Source: Aliivibrio fischeri ES114
GTDB taxonomy: Bacteria > Pseudomonadota > Gammaproteobacteria > Enterobacterales > Vibrionaceae
Assembly: GCF_000011805.1 (NCBI RefSeq)
Contig: NC_006840.2
Reading direction: 5' to 3' (one strand)
DNA: 32,000 nucleotides
The notes beneath the pieces were generated by a model. That model did not search any database. It saw nothing but the letters and a program-made list of their open reading frames with translations, and was not told where the DNA came from. The position numbers and the translations under genes were made by a program. Positions 11,102 through 21,317 of the stretch are shown piece by piece; positions within the stretch are counted from its first letter, which is position 1, and the number at the start of each line of letters is the position of its first letter.

Positions 11102-11126
11102 GATGGTCACCTTTTATATCTAATTA

Positions 11127-11507
11127 TTATTTTTGATGTGCAATCGCTTCAACTTCAACTAATACGCCAAGTGGAAGATCTTTAACGGCAAAACATGAGC
11201 GAGCAGGGCAGTCTGTTTTGAAAACGGTTTTGTATACTTCGTTAAACGCAGCGAAGTCAGTAATATTTGCAAGGTAACAAGTTGTTTTTAAAACTGTGTT
11301 TACATCACCGCCACCAGCTTCAATAACTGCAATTAAATTTTGTAGAGACATTTGTGACTGTTCTGTGATTCCACCTTCAACTACTTTAGAAGTAGAACCA
11401 TCTACAGGTAATTGACCTGATGTAAAAATAAGACCGTTAAATTGTGTGCCATGAGAATATGGGCCAATAGCTTCAGGTGCAGATGCAGCAACAATAATTT
11501 CTTTCAT
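11127..11507 (-). CDS. ridA: RidA/YjgF/TdcF-family reactive intermediate (enamine/imine) deaminase
   Basis: 126 aa; APEAIGPYSHGTQFNGLIFTSGQLPVDG..., CRSCFAVKDLPLGVLVEVEAIA; typical RidA length and motifs. Confidence 0.92.
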   Translation of the reverse strand: MKEIIVAASAPEAIGPYSHGTQFNGLIFTSGQLPVDGSTSKVVEGGITEQSQMSLQNLIAVIEAGGGDVNTVLKTTCYLANITDFAAFNEVYKTVFKTDCPARSCFAVKDLPLGVLVEVEAIAHQK

Positions 11508-11559
11508 ATAAACCTACTTACTTGCAATAAATTTTGAATTTTAAGTTTTTCTTCAAGTC

Positions 11560-11732
11560 ATGCAAAAATAATTGCATTGAGCTTGTTGGGTGAATTTATG
11601 CTTAATTGACAAGCAATGCAATAGGTTTTTGTTATTTTTGTGTTTATTTTTCGAACTGAGATCTTGTTATCATTTCAAATAAATTTGCATTGTTATTTTT
11701 ATAATTAGGAGTAAATTCTTCAAAAGTTGCAT
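11560..11732. promoter_or_regulatory. Cluster of TTGCAT/ATGCAA motifs in the divergent ridA / permease intergenic region
   Basis: Occurrences at 11560-11565, 11572-11577, 11616-11621, 11685-11690 and 11727-11732, including the inverted repeat ATGCAA-N6-TTGCAT (11560-11577). Confidence 0.5.
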
Positions 11733-11803
11733 TTGTACCTAGAAAGTATGATGCATTATTAATAATAAAAAATAGCGTACCCTACACAAAGATGGAGTTT
11801 TAT

Positions 11804-13108
11804 ATGAACACAGCTACATTGCCGAGTCATCATCATGAGAGAGATGGAATGAATGACTCTGAGTGGAAAAAAGCGACGAAATTCGATAGTACTGATATTG
11901 GTTGGATTGTAATCAGTATTGGTATGGCCATAGGCGCAGGGATTGTTTTTTTACCTGTTCAAGTTGGTATTATGGGACTTTGGGTTTTCCTTTTATCTTC
12001 AATTATTGGTTACCCAGCCATGTATTTGTTTCAAAAACTTTTTATTAACACTCTCGCAGAAGCAAAGACATGTACGGATTACCCAGGTGTTATTACTGGT
12101 TATTTAGGTAAAAACTGGGGGATCGCTTTAGGCGTTCTCTACTTTATAATGTTGGTTATTTGGGTGCTGGTTTACTCGCTAGCAGTTACTAATGACAGTT
12201 CATCATATTTGCATTCTTTTGGTGTGACTGAGGGACACTTAAACGATAACGTATTTTATGGTTTAGGCCTGATCTGTGTACTTGCTTTTATTGGTTCTAA
12301 AGGCGAGAAATTATTATTTAAACTTTCAGGGTTTATGGCGGTAACGGTTCTGTCTTTGGTGGCAATTATGGGACTATTGCTAGTATCTCGTTGGGATATG
12401 GCAAATATTCCAGCAATGGGATCATTTGGACCAATGCTAAAAGACGCGATCATTACTCTGCCTTTTACTTTAACTTCTATCTTGTTTATCCAATCATTAA
12501 GCCCTATGGTGATTTCATATCGTTCACATGAAAAATCTATTGAGGTTGCTCGCTTTAAAGCATTGCGAGCAATGAACATTGCTTTTGGTATCTTGTTTAT
12601 TGTTGTTTTCTTCTTTGCCGTCTCTTTTACTTTTGCCATTAGCCAAGAGCAAGCGGTAGAAGCAATGAATAAAAACATTTCAGCATTGGCGATTATTGCT
12701 CATTACTTCCCTGGGAGTTGGGCAACGATTACTGGTATCGTGATTAATATCTTCGCAGTAGTGACATCATTTTTTGGTGTGTTTATGGCATTCCAAGAGG
12801 CATGTCGTGGTATTGCCATGAATATACTATTAAGACGTATGGATGAATCTGCGATAAATAAAGAGTTGGTAAATAAACTAATTACTGTATTCATTATTTT
12901 ACTTGCATGGTCTGCTGTTGCTTTGAATGCGCCTATCTTATCTTTTACTTCGATTTGTAGCCCTGTTTTTGGTTTAGTAGGTTGTTTAATTCCAGCTTAT
13001 CTTGTGTATAAAGTACCGACACTTCATAAGTACAAAGGGGTAGCAACTAATCTAATTATTATTACTGGTATTCTGCTTTGTATCTCTCCAATACTTGCAT
13101 TTATCTAA
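11804..13108 (+). CDS. HAAAP-family amino acid permease (SdaC/TdcC/YhaO(CyuP)-like)
   Basis: Multi-TM protein; DIGWIVISIGMAIGAGIVFLPVQVGIMGLW, SLSPMVISYRSHEKS, TSFFGVFMAFQEACRGI. GGAG precedes ATG 11804; the track start is 11792. Confidence 0.88.
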   Translation: MNTATLPSHHHERDGMNDSEWKKATKFDSTDIGWIVISIGMAIGAGIVFLPVQVGIMGLWVFLLSSIIGYPAMYLFQKLFINTLAEAKTCTDYPGVITGYLGKNWGIALGVLYFIMLVIWVLVYSLAVTNDSSSYLHSFGVTEGHLNDNVFYGLGLICVLAFIGSKGEKLLFKLSGFMAVTVLSLVAIMGLLLVSRWDMANIPAMGSFGPMLKDAIITLPFTLTSILFIQSLSPMVISYRSHEKSIEVARFKALRAMNIAFGILFIVVFFFAVSFTFAISQEQAVEAMNKNISALAIIAHYFPGSWATITGIVINIFAVVTSFFGVFMAFQEACRGIAMNILLRRMDESAINKELVNKLITVFIILLAWSAVALNAPILSFTSICSPVFGLVGCLIPAYLVYKVPTLHKYKGVATNLIIITGILLCISPILAFI

Positions 13109-13130
13109 GATTAATTTTCTAAATAACATA

Positions 13131-13163
13131 AAAAAGCCCAGAGATATCCTCTCTGGGCTTTTT
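13131..13163. terminator. Terminator between the convergent permease and frmB
   Basis: AAAAAGCCCAGAGA TATC CTCTCTGGGCTTTTT stem-loop. Confidence 0.85.
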
Positions 13164-13175
13164 CTATTTTTGTTG

Positions 13176-14018
13176 TTATTTATTCAAGTGAGAAGCGTGG
13201 AATTCTAAATGCTCATCAATAAATGTTGAGATGAAAAAGTAGCTATGGTCATAGCCTGGTTGCATTCTAACTTCAATATCAGTTCCTGATTTCTCTGCCG
13301 AAGAGAGAAGGTATTCAGGTTTTAATTGTTCTTCTAAAAAGCCGTCAGCTTCACCTTGGTCAACTAAGATTGGAAGTTTTGAGCCTTTTTTAAGAAGTTC
13401 AGAACTGTCGTATTCTAACCAAGCTTCTTTATTATCACCTAAGTATAAACCTAACGCTTTTTGTCCCCAAGGACAGTTAATTGGGCTAGCAATAGGACTA
13501 AAGGCAGAAATAGATTGATACATATCTTGGTTTTTTAAGCCGATGGTAATAGCACCATGACCACCCATACTGTGACCAGAAATCGATTTTTTATCTGATA
13601 CAGGGAAGTGCTCTTCGATTAATGATGGTAGCTCTTTTGTCACATAGTCATACATATGATAGTGACGGTTCCAAGGAGCTTGAGTTGCATTTAAATAGAA
13701 CCCTGCACCTAGGCCAAAATCGTATGCACCTTCTGCATCATCAGCAACGTCTTCACCGCGAGGACTTGTATCCATAGCCACAATAGCAATACCTAATTCA
13801 GCTGCTTTTTTGAAAGCGCCAGCTTTTTGCATGAAGTTTTCATCAGTACAAGTTAAGCCTGATAACCAGTATAAAACAGGAACCGGATTACTTTCAGATG
13901 CGTTTGCAGGTAAGAAAATAGCAAAGCGCATATTGCAGTTTAGAGATGATGAAGTATGTGTGTATTGTTTGTGCCAACCACCCGCAACTTTTGCTTGGCT
14001 GATATTTTCGATTGTCAT
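13176..14018 (-). CDS. frmB: S-formylglutathione hydrolase
   Basis: 280 aa esterase; GWHKQYTHTSSSLNCNMRFAIFLP, YWLSGLTCTDENFMQKAG, SGHSMGGHGA nucleophile elbow, DHSYFFI. Confidence 0.96.
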   Translation of the reverse strand: MTIENISQAKVAGGWHKQYTHTSSSLNCNMRFAIFLPANASESNPVPVLYWLSGLTCTDENFMQKAGAFKKAAELGIAIVAMDTSPRGEDVADDAEGAYDFGLGAGFYLNATQAPWNRHYHMYDYVTKELPSLIEEHFPVSDKKSISGHSMGGHGAITIGLKNQDMYQSISAFSPIASPINCPWGQKALGLYLGDNKEAWLEYDSSELLKKGSKLPILVDQGEADGFLEEQLKPEYLLSSAEKSGTDIEVRMQPGYDHSYFFISTFIDEHLEFHASHLNK

Positions 14019-14202
14019 GATGAGCCCTTTTATATTTGATTCGTATCAGCGAGATCACTGTATTGAATAGGTATCTACTGGTTGATTTTGAAGTGCTTTA
14101 AAATAAAGAATGAAACACTCAGTAAGATTATCTATAAATTGCGCCACCCACGCAGATAAGCATACTGTCTTTATATAAAGCACTTGGAGATCAAAAGTAG
14201 AA

Positions 14203-14226
14203 TAGGGGCTAGAGTATCTAACCCCT
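14203..14226 (-). terminator. Possible weak terminator downstream of frmA copy 1
   Basis: Minus-strand GGGGTTAG-ATACT-CTAGCCCC stem followed by TATTCTACTTTT. Confidence 0.4.
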
Positions 14227-14234
14227 TACTTTTA

Positions 14235-15470
<1,236 letters not shown>

Positions 15471-15662
15471 TAGTATAAGTGTGAACAAGGATGTTGATAA
15501 TCCCCATAAAATGAAAATGATTTTTACGGTTATGTAATAATAAGCGTAAATATAGAGTATTTATGGAGTAGATATCTCAGTTTAAAAGGGAAATATGAAA
15601 TGAGACCTGACAAAGGTGGGTCATATAGATATGCTGCTTGTATTAAAGGAGTATGAATAAAT

Positions 15663-16037
15663 ATGAGCCAATGCAGTAGTAAAATTTGGGGACTATTTTT
15701 AATTTTGCTTGTGGTGTTTTCAGCAGGTTCTTTTGCTGCATCTCAAGTTAATACTTCATTATCTTCTAGTGAAACCACTACGCCTTATCAAAAGTCCTCA
15801 TCAATTATAAACGCTTTGGTTATTTCTGATTGTGCTCAATGGGATCATGATCTGTCATTAGGCTACAGTTCAGAGCGACATCATTGTTGTGCATCTGTGT
15901 GCTTATTAAAAATGTCATGTGGTCAATCTTTAGTGGTTACGCATTCTCTTTTAAGTTCTTTAGCTTTGATTAATGTGGATCAAGCTGAAAAAACCATCGT
16001 ACGTAATCAAACCTTATTTCGCCCTCCAATTGTGTAA
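15663..16037 (+). CDS. Small exported cysteine/histidine-containing hypothetical protein
   Basis: 124 aa with N-terminal hydrophobic signal-like stretch (IWGLFLILLVVFSAGSFAASQ) and a HHCCASVCLLKMSC cluster; 60 bp upstream of dsbA, same strand. Confidence 0.65.
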   Translation: MSQCSSKIWGLFLILLVVFSAGSFAASQVNTSLSSSETTTPYQKSSSIINALVISDCAQWDHDLSLGYSSERHHCCASVCLLKMSCGQSLVVTHSLLSSLALINVDQAEKTIVRNQTLFRPPIV

Positions 16038-16097
16038 TTCTTAATGTAGAGTTTTTGTATTTTTACCGATGTTATTAATCGATTTAGGATTTATTCA

Positions 16098-16697
16098 ATG
16101 AAAAAGTTATTTGTTTTTTTATCAGCAGTTATGTTTGCATTCTCTGTTCAGGCAACACAGTTTGAGGAGGGGAAATATTATCAAGTTCTCGATGTAGCGA
16201 AATCAACCCAACCCAAGGTGACGGAGTTTTTTTCATTCTATTGTCCGCACTGCTATAAGTTTGAAGCGGTGATTAAGAATTTAAAACCCGCTTTAGCGAA
16301 GAGCGCCAAATTTGAAAAAGTGCATGTTGCTTTTATGGGAAATGATATGGCAGTACCTATGGCAAAATCGTACGCCACTATGGTTGTACTTGGGGTTGAA
16401 GATAAAATGGTACCAGCTATGTTTAAGCAGATTCATGAATTAGGGCAACGTCCAAAAAATGAAGATGAACTTCGTCAAGTCTTTATCAATAATGGTATTG
16501 ACCCTGATAAATATGATGAGGCTTATAATAGTGCGGCTGTGAATGCGATGCAGCGTAAGTTTGATATTCAGTTTGAAGCAAGTACGTTAACAGGGGTTCC
16601 AGGAGTATTGGTGAACAATAAATACATTGTTAAACCTAATGCAATTCGTAGTTACGACGAATACAACCAACTGGTAAATTATTTACTGACATTGTAA
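16098..16697 (+). CDS. dsbA: Periplasmic thiol:disulfide interchange protein DsbA
   Basis: Signal peptide, FFSFYCPHCYKFE active site (CPHC), cis-Pro region TGVPGVLVNNKYIV, 199 aa. Confidence 0.95.
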   Translation: MKKLFVFLSAVMFAFSVQATQFEEGKYYQVLDVAKSTQPKVTEFFSFYCPHCYKFEAVIKNLKPALAKSAKFEKVHVAFMGNDMAVPMAKSYATMVVLGVEDKMVPAMFKQIHELGQRPKNEDELRQVFINNGIDPDKYDEAYNSAAVNAMQRKFDIQFEASTLTGVPGVLVNNKYIVKPNAIRSYDEYNQLVNYLLTL

Positions 16698-16730
16698 TTT
16701 TTTATTTAAGCTACAAACTTGAGATACAAA

Positions 16731-16759
16731 AAAGCCCTCGCAGATTGAGGGCTTTTTAT
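16731..16759. terminator. Terminator between convergent dsbA and symporter
   Basis: AAAAAGCCCTC ... GAGGGCTTTTT stem-loop. Confidence 0.85.
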
Positions 16760-16768
16760 TGCATGACA

Positions 16769-18046
16769 TTATGCAGGGATATTTTGTGTGAACACTTCTT
16801 TGTTAGCTGATTCTTTTTGCCACTTATCAATAACCAAAGCCGCAATCATATCTCCCTCAACGTTAACCGCTGTTCGGAAAGTATCAAGTGGACGTTCAAT
16901 AATTAATAAGATCGCAATGGCTTCTAGAGGGATCCCAGCAGCTAACAGAACCAGTTGCATACCCGACATAGATCCTGATGGCATACCAGGAGCGCCAACA
17001 GATGATACCATTGCCATAATAAAGATCATGACTAACCCTGAGGTTGTTAAATCGACCCCAAAAAGTTGAGCTAGGAATATAGCAGCAACACCTTCAAATA
17101 GCGCTGTTCCATCCATATTCATTACCGCACCAAGTGGTAGCACCATACTGCTTGTACTTTGAGATACCCCTAGTTTTTCTTGTGCGCTTTGCATTGCTAG
17201 AGGCAGAGTTGCAGAGCTAGAAGAGGTAGCAAATGCCATCGCCATTGGAGCTGAGATCGCTTTAAATAAGGTCGTGTATTTAATGCCTGTCGCTATTTTA
17301 GCTATTGTTGGTAAAACAATTGCGCCATGAATTAAAGTAAGAACAAAGACCAGTAAAGCAAACAGAGCTAATTGTTGAAATAAAGACTCGCCACCTCGGA
17401 CAGTAAAATCAAAAACAATGGCAAACACAGCTAATGGAGCTAGGCGAATAATCCAACCTACTAGTGTATTAATGCTTTTATTTAAACCGCTGAGCACATC
17501 AAAAACAGGATGCTTTTCTGGTAGTGATGAAAGTAAAGCCAGTCCCAACATAAATGAAAACATAACGATAGCGAGTAAGTTCCCATTGGTTAATGCTGCA
17601 ACAGGATTTACTAAAGCCATATTTAATAACTTACTTGCAATGGCTGCGCCACCAGCGGCTTCTTCACTAATGAGCTGAACATTGTCACCAACAGGAGCAA
17701 ACTCTGTAAGAGGTTGCCATGCAGGCATCAATAATGATGCACCTAAACCAAGAGATATCGCTAATAATGTGGTGAAACTGTAAAACAATAACGTATTTCG
17801 ACCTACTTGTTTTAAGCGGGTGATAGAGCCAATGCTTGTAATACCTTGAAGTAAAGAAAGCATTACCACTAAACCGACCACCATTTTGAGTAAACCAATA
17901 TAGGTAATTTTTCCTAACATGATTACTTGGTACCAAGCCGCTTGGGTTACGTCAGTTGTTGGAGAAATAAATAGTGTAATAAACCAAGCAAGTAATGCTG
18001 CTAGTAGTAATTGCAGAGGCAAAGAATGACGAAGTTTGTTCCACAT
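16769..18046 (-). CDS. Dicarboxylate/amino acid:cation symporter (DAACS/GltP family)
   Basis: 425 aa multi-TM; AFATSSSSATLPLAMQSAQEKLGVSQSTSSMVLPLGAVMNMDGTALFEGVAAIFLAQ and GAPGMPSGSMSGMQLVLLAAGIP are hallmark DAACS motifs. Confidence 0.92.
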   Translation of the reverse strand: MWNKLRHSLPLQLLLAALLAWFITLFISPTTDVTQAAWYQVIMLGKITYIGLLKMVVGLVVMLSLLQGITSIGSITRLKQVGRNTLLFYSFTTLLAISLGLGASLLMPAWQPLTEFAPVGDNVQLISEEAAGGAAIASKLLNMALVNPVAALTNGNLLAIVMFSFMLGLALLSSLPEKHPVFDVLSGLNKSINTLVGWIIRLAPLAVFAIVFDFTVRGGESLFQQLALFALLVFVLTLIHGAIVLPTIAKIATGIKYTTLFKAISAPMAMAFATSSSSATLPLAMQSAQEKLGVSQSTSSMVLPLGAVMNMDGTALFEGVAAIFLAQLFGVDLTTSGLVMIFIMAMVSSVGAPGMPSGSMSGMQLVLLAAGIPLEAIAILLIIERPLDTFRTAVNVEGDMIAALVIDKWQKESANKEVFTQNIPA

Positions 18047-18125
18047 AATGATTATTCCAGTTACTTTGAAAAATGTTGCTTTATACGTTTATTAAAAGAT
18101 GGCTCCTTTAATAAACGCATGCAGT

Positions 18126-18165
18126 ATAAAAAATAAAGTCCGTTAAATTAAATCTAACGGACTTT
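18126..18165 (-). terminator. Rho-independent terminator downstream of frmA copy 2 (minus strand)
   Basis: Minus strand AAAGTCCGTTA-N9-TAACGGACTTT, perfect 11-bp stem followed by ATTTTTTAT. Confidence 0.85.
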
Positions 18166-18190
18166 GATATTAAGTGAATTACAATGTTTT

Positions 18191-18241
18191 AGACCCTAGA
18201 CCCTAGACCCTAGACCCTAGACCCTAGACCCTAGACCCTAG
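18191..18241. repeat. Heptanucleotide tandem array, 7 x AGACCCT plus 2-nt partial (minus-strand CTAGGGT)
   Basis: Read directly: agaccct repeated seven times from 18191 to 18239, followed by ag; 3 nt from the stop codon of frmA copy 2. Confidence 0.98.
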
Positions 18242-18243
18242 TT

Positions 18244-19479
<1,236 letters not shown>

Positions 19480-19567
19480 CATTATAAGTATTTCGCATCA
19501 ATTGATAATACGTTAGAATGGTAAATAATTTTTACGAATACGTAATAATAGTAGTGGAGAATAGCCT

Positions 19568-20440
19568 GTGATTGATTGGGAAGGGGTGACGGAATTCGTT
19601 GCCGTTGCTGAAGCGCAAAGCTTTACTGGAGCTGCTAGAGCTCTTGATACTTCTGTTGCTCAAATTAGCCGTAAAGTCGCGGCCTTAGAGGATCGTCTTT
19701 CAATTAAATTATTGATAAGAACAACTCGAAAAGTTTCTGTAACGGAGGCTGGGCAAACTTATTATCAACATTGTCGTCATTTAGTTGAAGGTTTAAAACA
19801 AGCTGATAGAGCTATTACAGAGCTAAACGCAACTCCGCAAGGGCGCTTAAAAATCACGTCTTCAGTGACATATGGTGAGCAATTGATCGCACCATTACTG
19901 AGTGATTTTATGCTGATGTACCCACAACTTGAACTTGAACTTGTTTTATCAAATCAAACATTAGATTTGGTTGAACAAGATTTTGATTTAGCGATTCGAT
20001 TAGGGCGTTTAACCGATTCAACCATGATGGCAAAACGCTTATCGAGCAGACAAGTTCGAGTGTGTGCCTCTCCTAGTTATATAGAGAAACATGGTGAACC
20101 CCATACCTTATCTGAACTATCGCAACACAACTGTTTAGTTGGTAGCTTGCCTATTTGGCGCTTTATTGAAAATAAAAAAGAAAAAAGCGTAAGAGTAAAA
20201 GGTTCTGTTCACTGTAATAGCGGAGCGGCATTAACCAATGCAGCATTAAAAGGGTTAGGTATTGTTCAGCTACCTGATTTTTATGTTCAAGAGTCAATGG
20301 ATAAAGGTGAATTAGTGGAGATCCTTGTTCCTTATCGTGAGCCAAAAGAAGGGATCTGGGCTGTGTACCCAAATAACCGACACCTTTCAACTAAGGTTCG
20401 TTTATTGGTTGAATTTTTAGCACAAGAGCTAGCTGAGTAA
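19568..20440 (+). CDS. LysR-family transcriptional regulator
   Basis: 290 aa; N-terminal HTH EFVAVAEAQSFTGAARALDTSVAQISRKVAALEDRLSIKLLIRTTRKVSVTEAG; GTG start; divergent from frmA copy 2. Confidence 0.93.
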   Translation: MIDWEGVTEFVAVAEAQSFTGAARALDTSVAQISRKVAALEDRLSIKLLIRTTRKVSVTEAGQTYYQHCRHLVEGLKQADRAITELNATPQGRLKITSSVTYGEQLIAPLLSDFMLMYPQLELELVLSNQTLDLVEQDFDLAIRLGRLTDSTMMAKRLSSRQVRVCASPSYIEKHGEPHTLSELSQHNCLVGSLPIWRFIENKKEKSVRVKGSVHCNSGAALTNAALKGLGIVQLPDFYVQESMDKGELVEILVPYREPKEGIWAVYPNNRHLSTKVRLLVEFLAQELAE

Positions 20441-20956
20441 ATGAGTGTTAAACAAGAAAGCAGAGATGCCAGCTTTTATATGCAACGAGCAATGGAACTG
20501 GCTGCTATCGCAGAGCAAGAGGGTGAAGTTCCTGTTGGTGCTGTGATTGTCTTGGATGATGAAATTATCGGAGAGGGGTGGAATCGCTCAATCAGTACTC
20601 ATGATGCAACTGCTCATGCAGAAATGATGGCAATTAAACAAGCGGGTAGTAAAATTGAAAACTATCGCTTAGTTGATGCGACATTATACGTTACGTTAGA
20701 GCCATGCCCTATGTGTGCAGGCGCGATTGTACATAGTCGTATTAAACGCGTTATTTTTGGTGCATCAGATATGAAAACAGGGGCATCAGGAAGCGTGATA
20801 AACTTGTTTACTTCAGCAACGGCGTTTCATTTTGTTGAATGTGAATCAGGCGTGATGGAAGAGGCATGTCGTTCTCAGTTGCAGGCGTTTTTTAAAAGAA
20901 GACGTAAAGAGAAGAAAGAAGAGAAAAAAGCCAGAAGAGAAGCTGAGCAGAAATAA
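20441..20956 (+). CDS. tadA: tRNA adenosine(34) deaminase TadA
   Basis: HAEMMAIKQA and PCPMCAGAI zinc-deaminase motifs; followed by convergent mltF and then purL. Confidence 0.95.
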   Translation: MSVKQESRDASFYMQRAMELAAIAEQEGEVPVGAVIVLDDEIIGEGWNRSISTHDATAHAEMMAIKQAGSKIENYRLVDATLYVTLEPCPMCAGAIVHSRIKRVIFGASDMKTGASGSVINLFTSATAFHFVECESGVMEEACRSQLQAFFKRRRKEKKEEKKARREAEQK

Positions 20957-20971
20957 AGACGAATAGGATCT

Positions 20972-21008
20972 AAAAAGGCAAGCCATTATTGGTTTGCCTT
21001 TTTCTTTT
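20972..21008 (+). terminator. Rho-independent terminator downstream of tadA
   Basis: AAAAAGGCAAGCC-ATTATT-GGTTTGCCTTTTT with one mismatch. Confidence 0.82.
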
Positions 21009-21317
21009 GTATGTCTATCGACAAGAGAAGGGGTCACCTGTGTCGAATAATGCTTGAGCGTATGAACGTTGACGCTGTAAGACTTTTTTATGATTATTCA
21101 GTAGCTTTCTACGACGTTGTGTACTGCTTCTGAGTGTACTTTTACTTTTTGGTTTTCTTCTACCAGAGAGCATAAACTCCCCCTAATTAAACGAATAAAA
21201 AGCGCGTTTATTGTATTTGTAAAACGCGCATAAAAATAGATGATGTGGAATGAAGATTAAGCCTCTATTGTTACCGTATTATGACGATGAATCGGAGATA
21301 AGATTCATCATTATAAA

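Noticed and set aside
12256-12894. Antisense ORFs under the permease (12256..12678, 12703..12894)
   Set aside because: Shadow ORFs of a hydrophobic, multi-TM CDS.
17685-17936. ORF 17685..17936 overlapping the symporter in another frame
   Set aside because: Embedded in the symporter CDS in the same direction with no RBS; translation not protein-like.
18191-18241. CRISPR array interpretation of the heptamer repeats
   Set aside because: Repeats are contiguous 7-mers with no spacers and no cas genes nearby.
21010-21317. Possible small gene or sRNA between tadA and mltF
   Set aside because: ORF 21250..21444 mostly overlaps mltF antisense, and no clear promoter/terminator pair was visible in the spacer.
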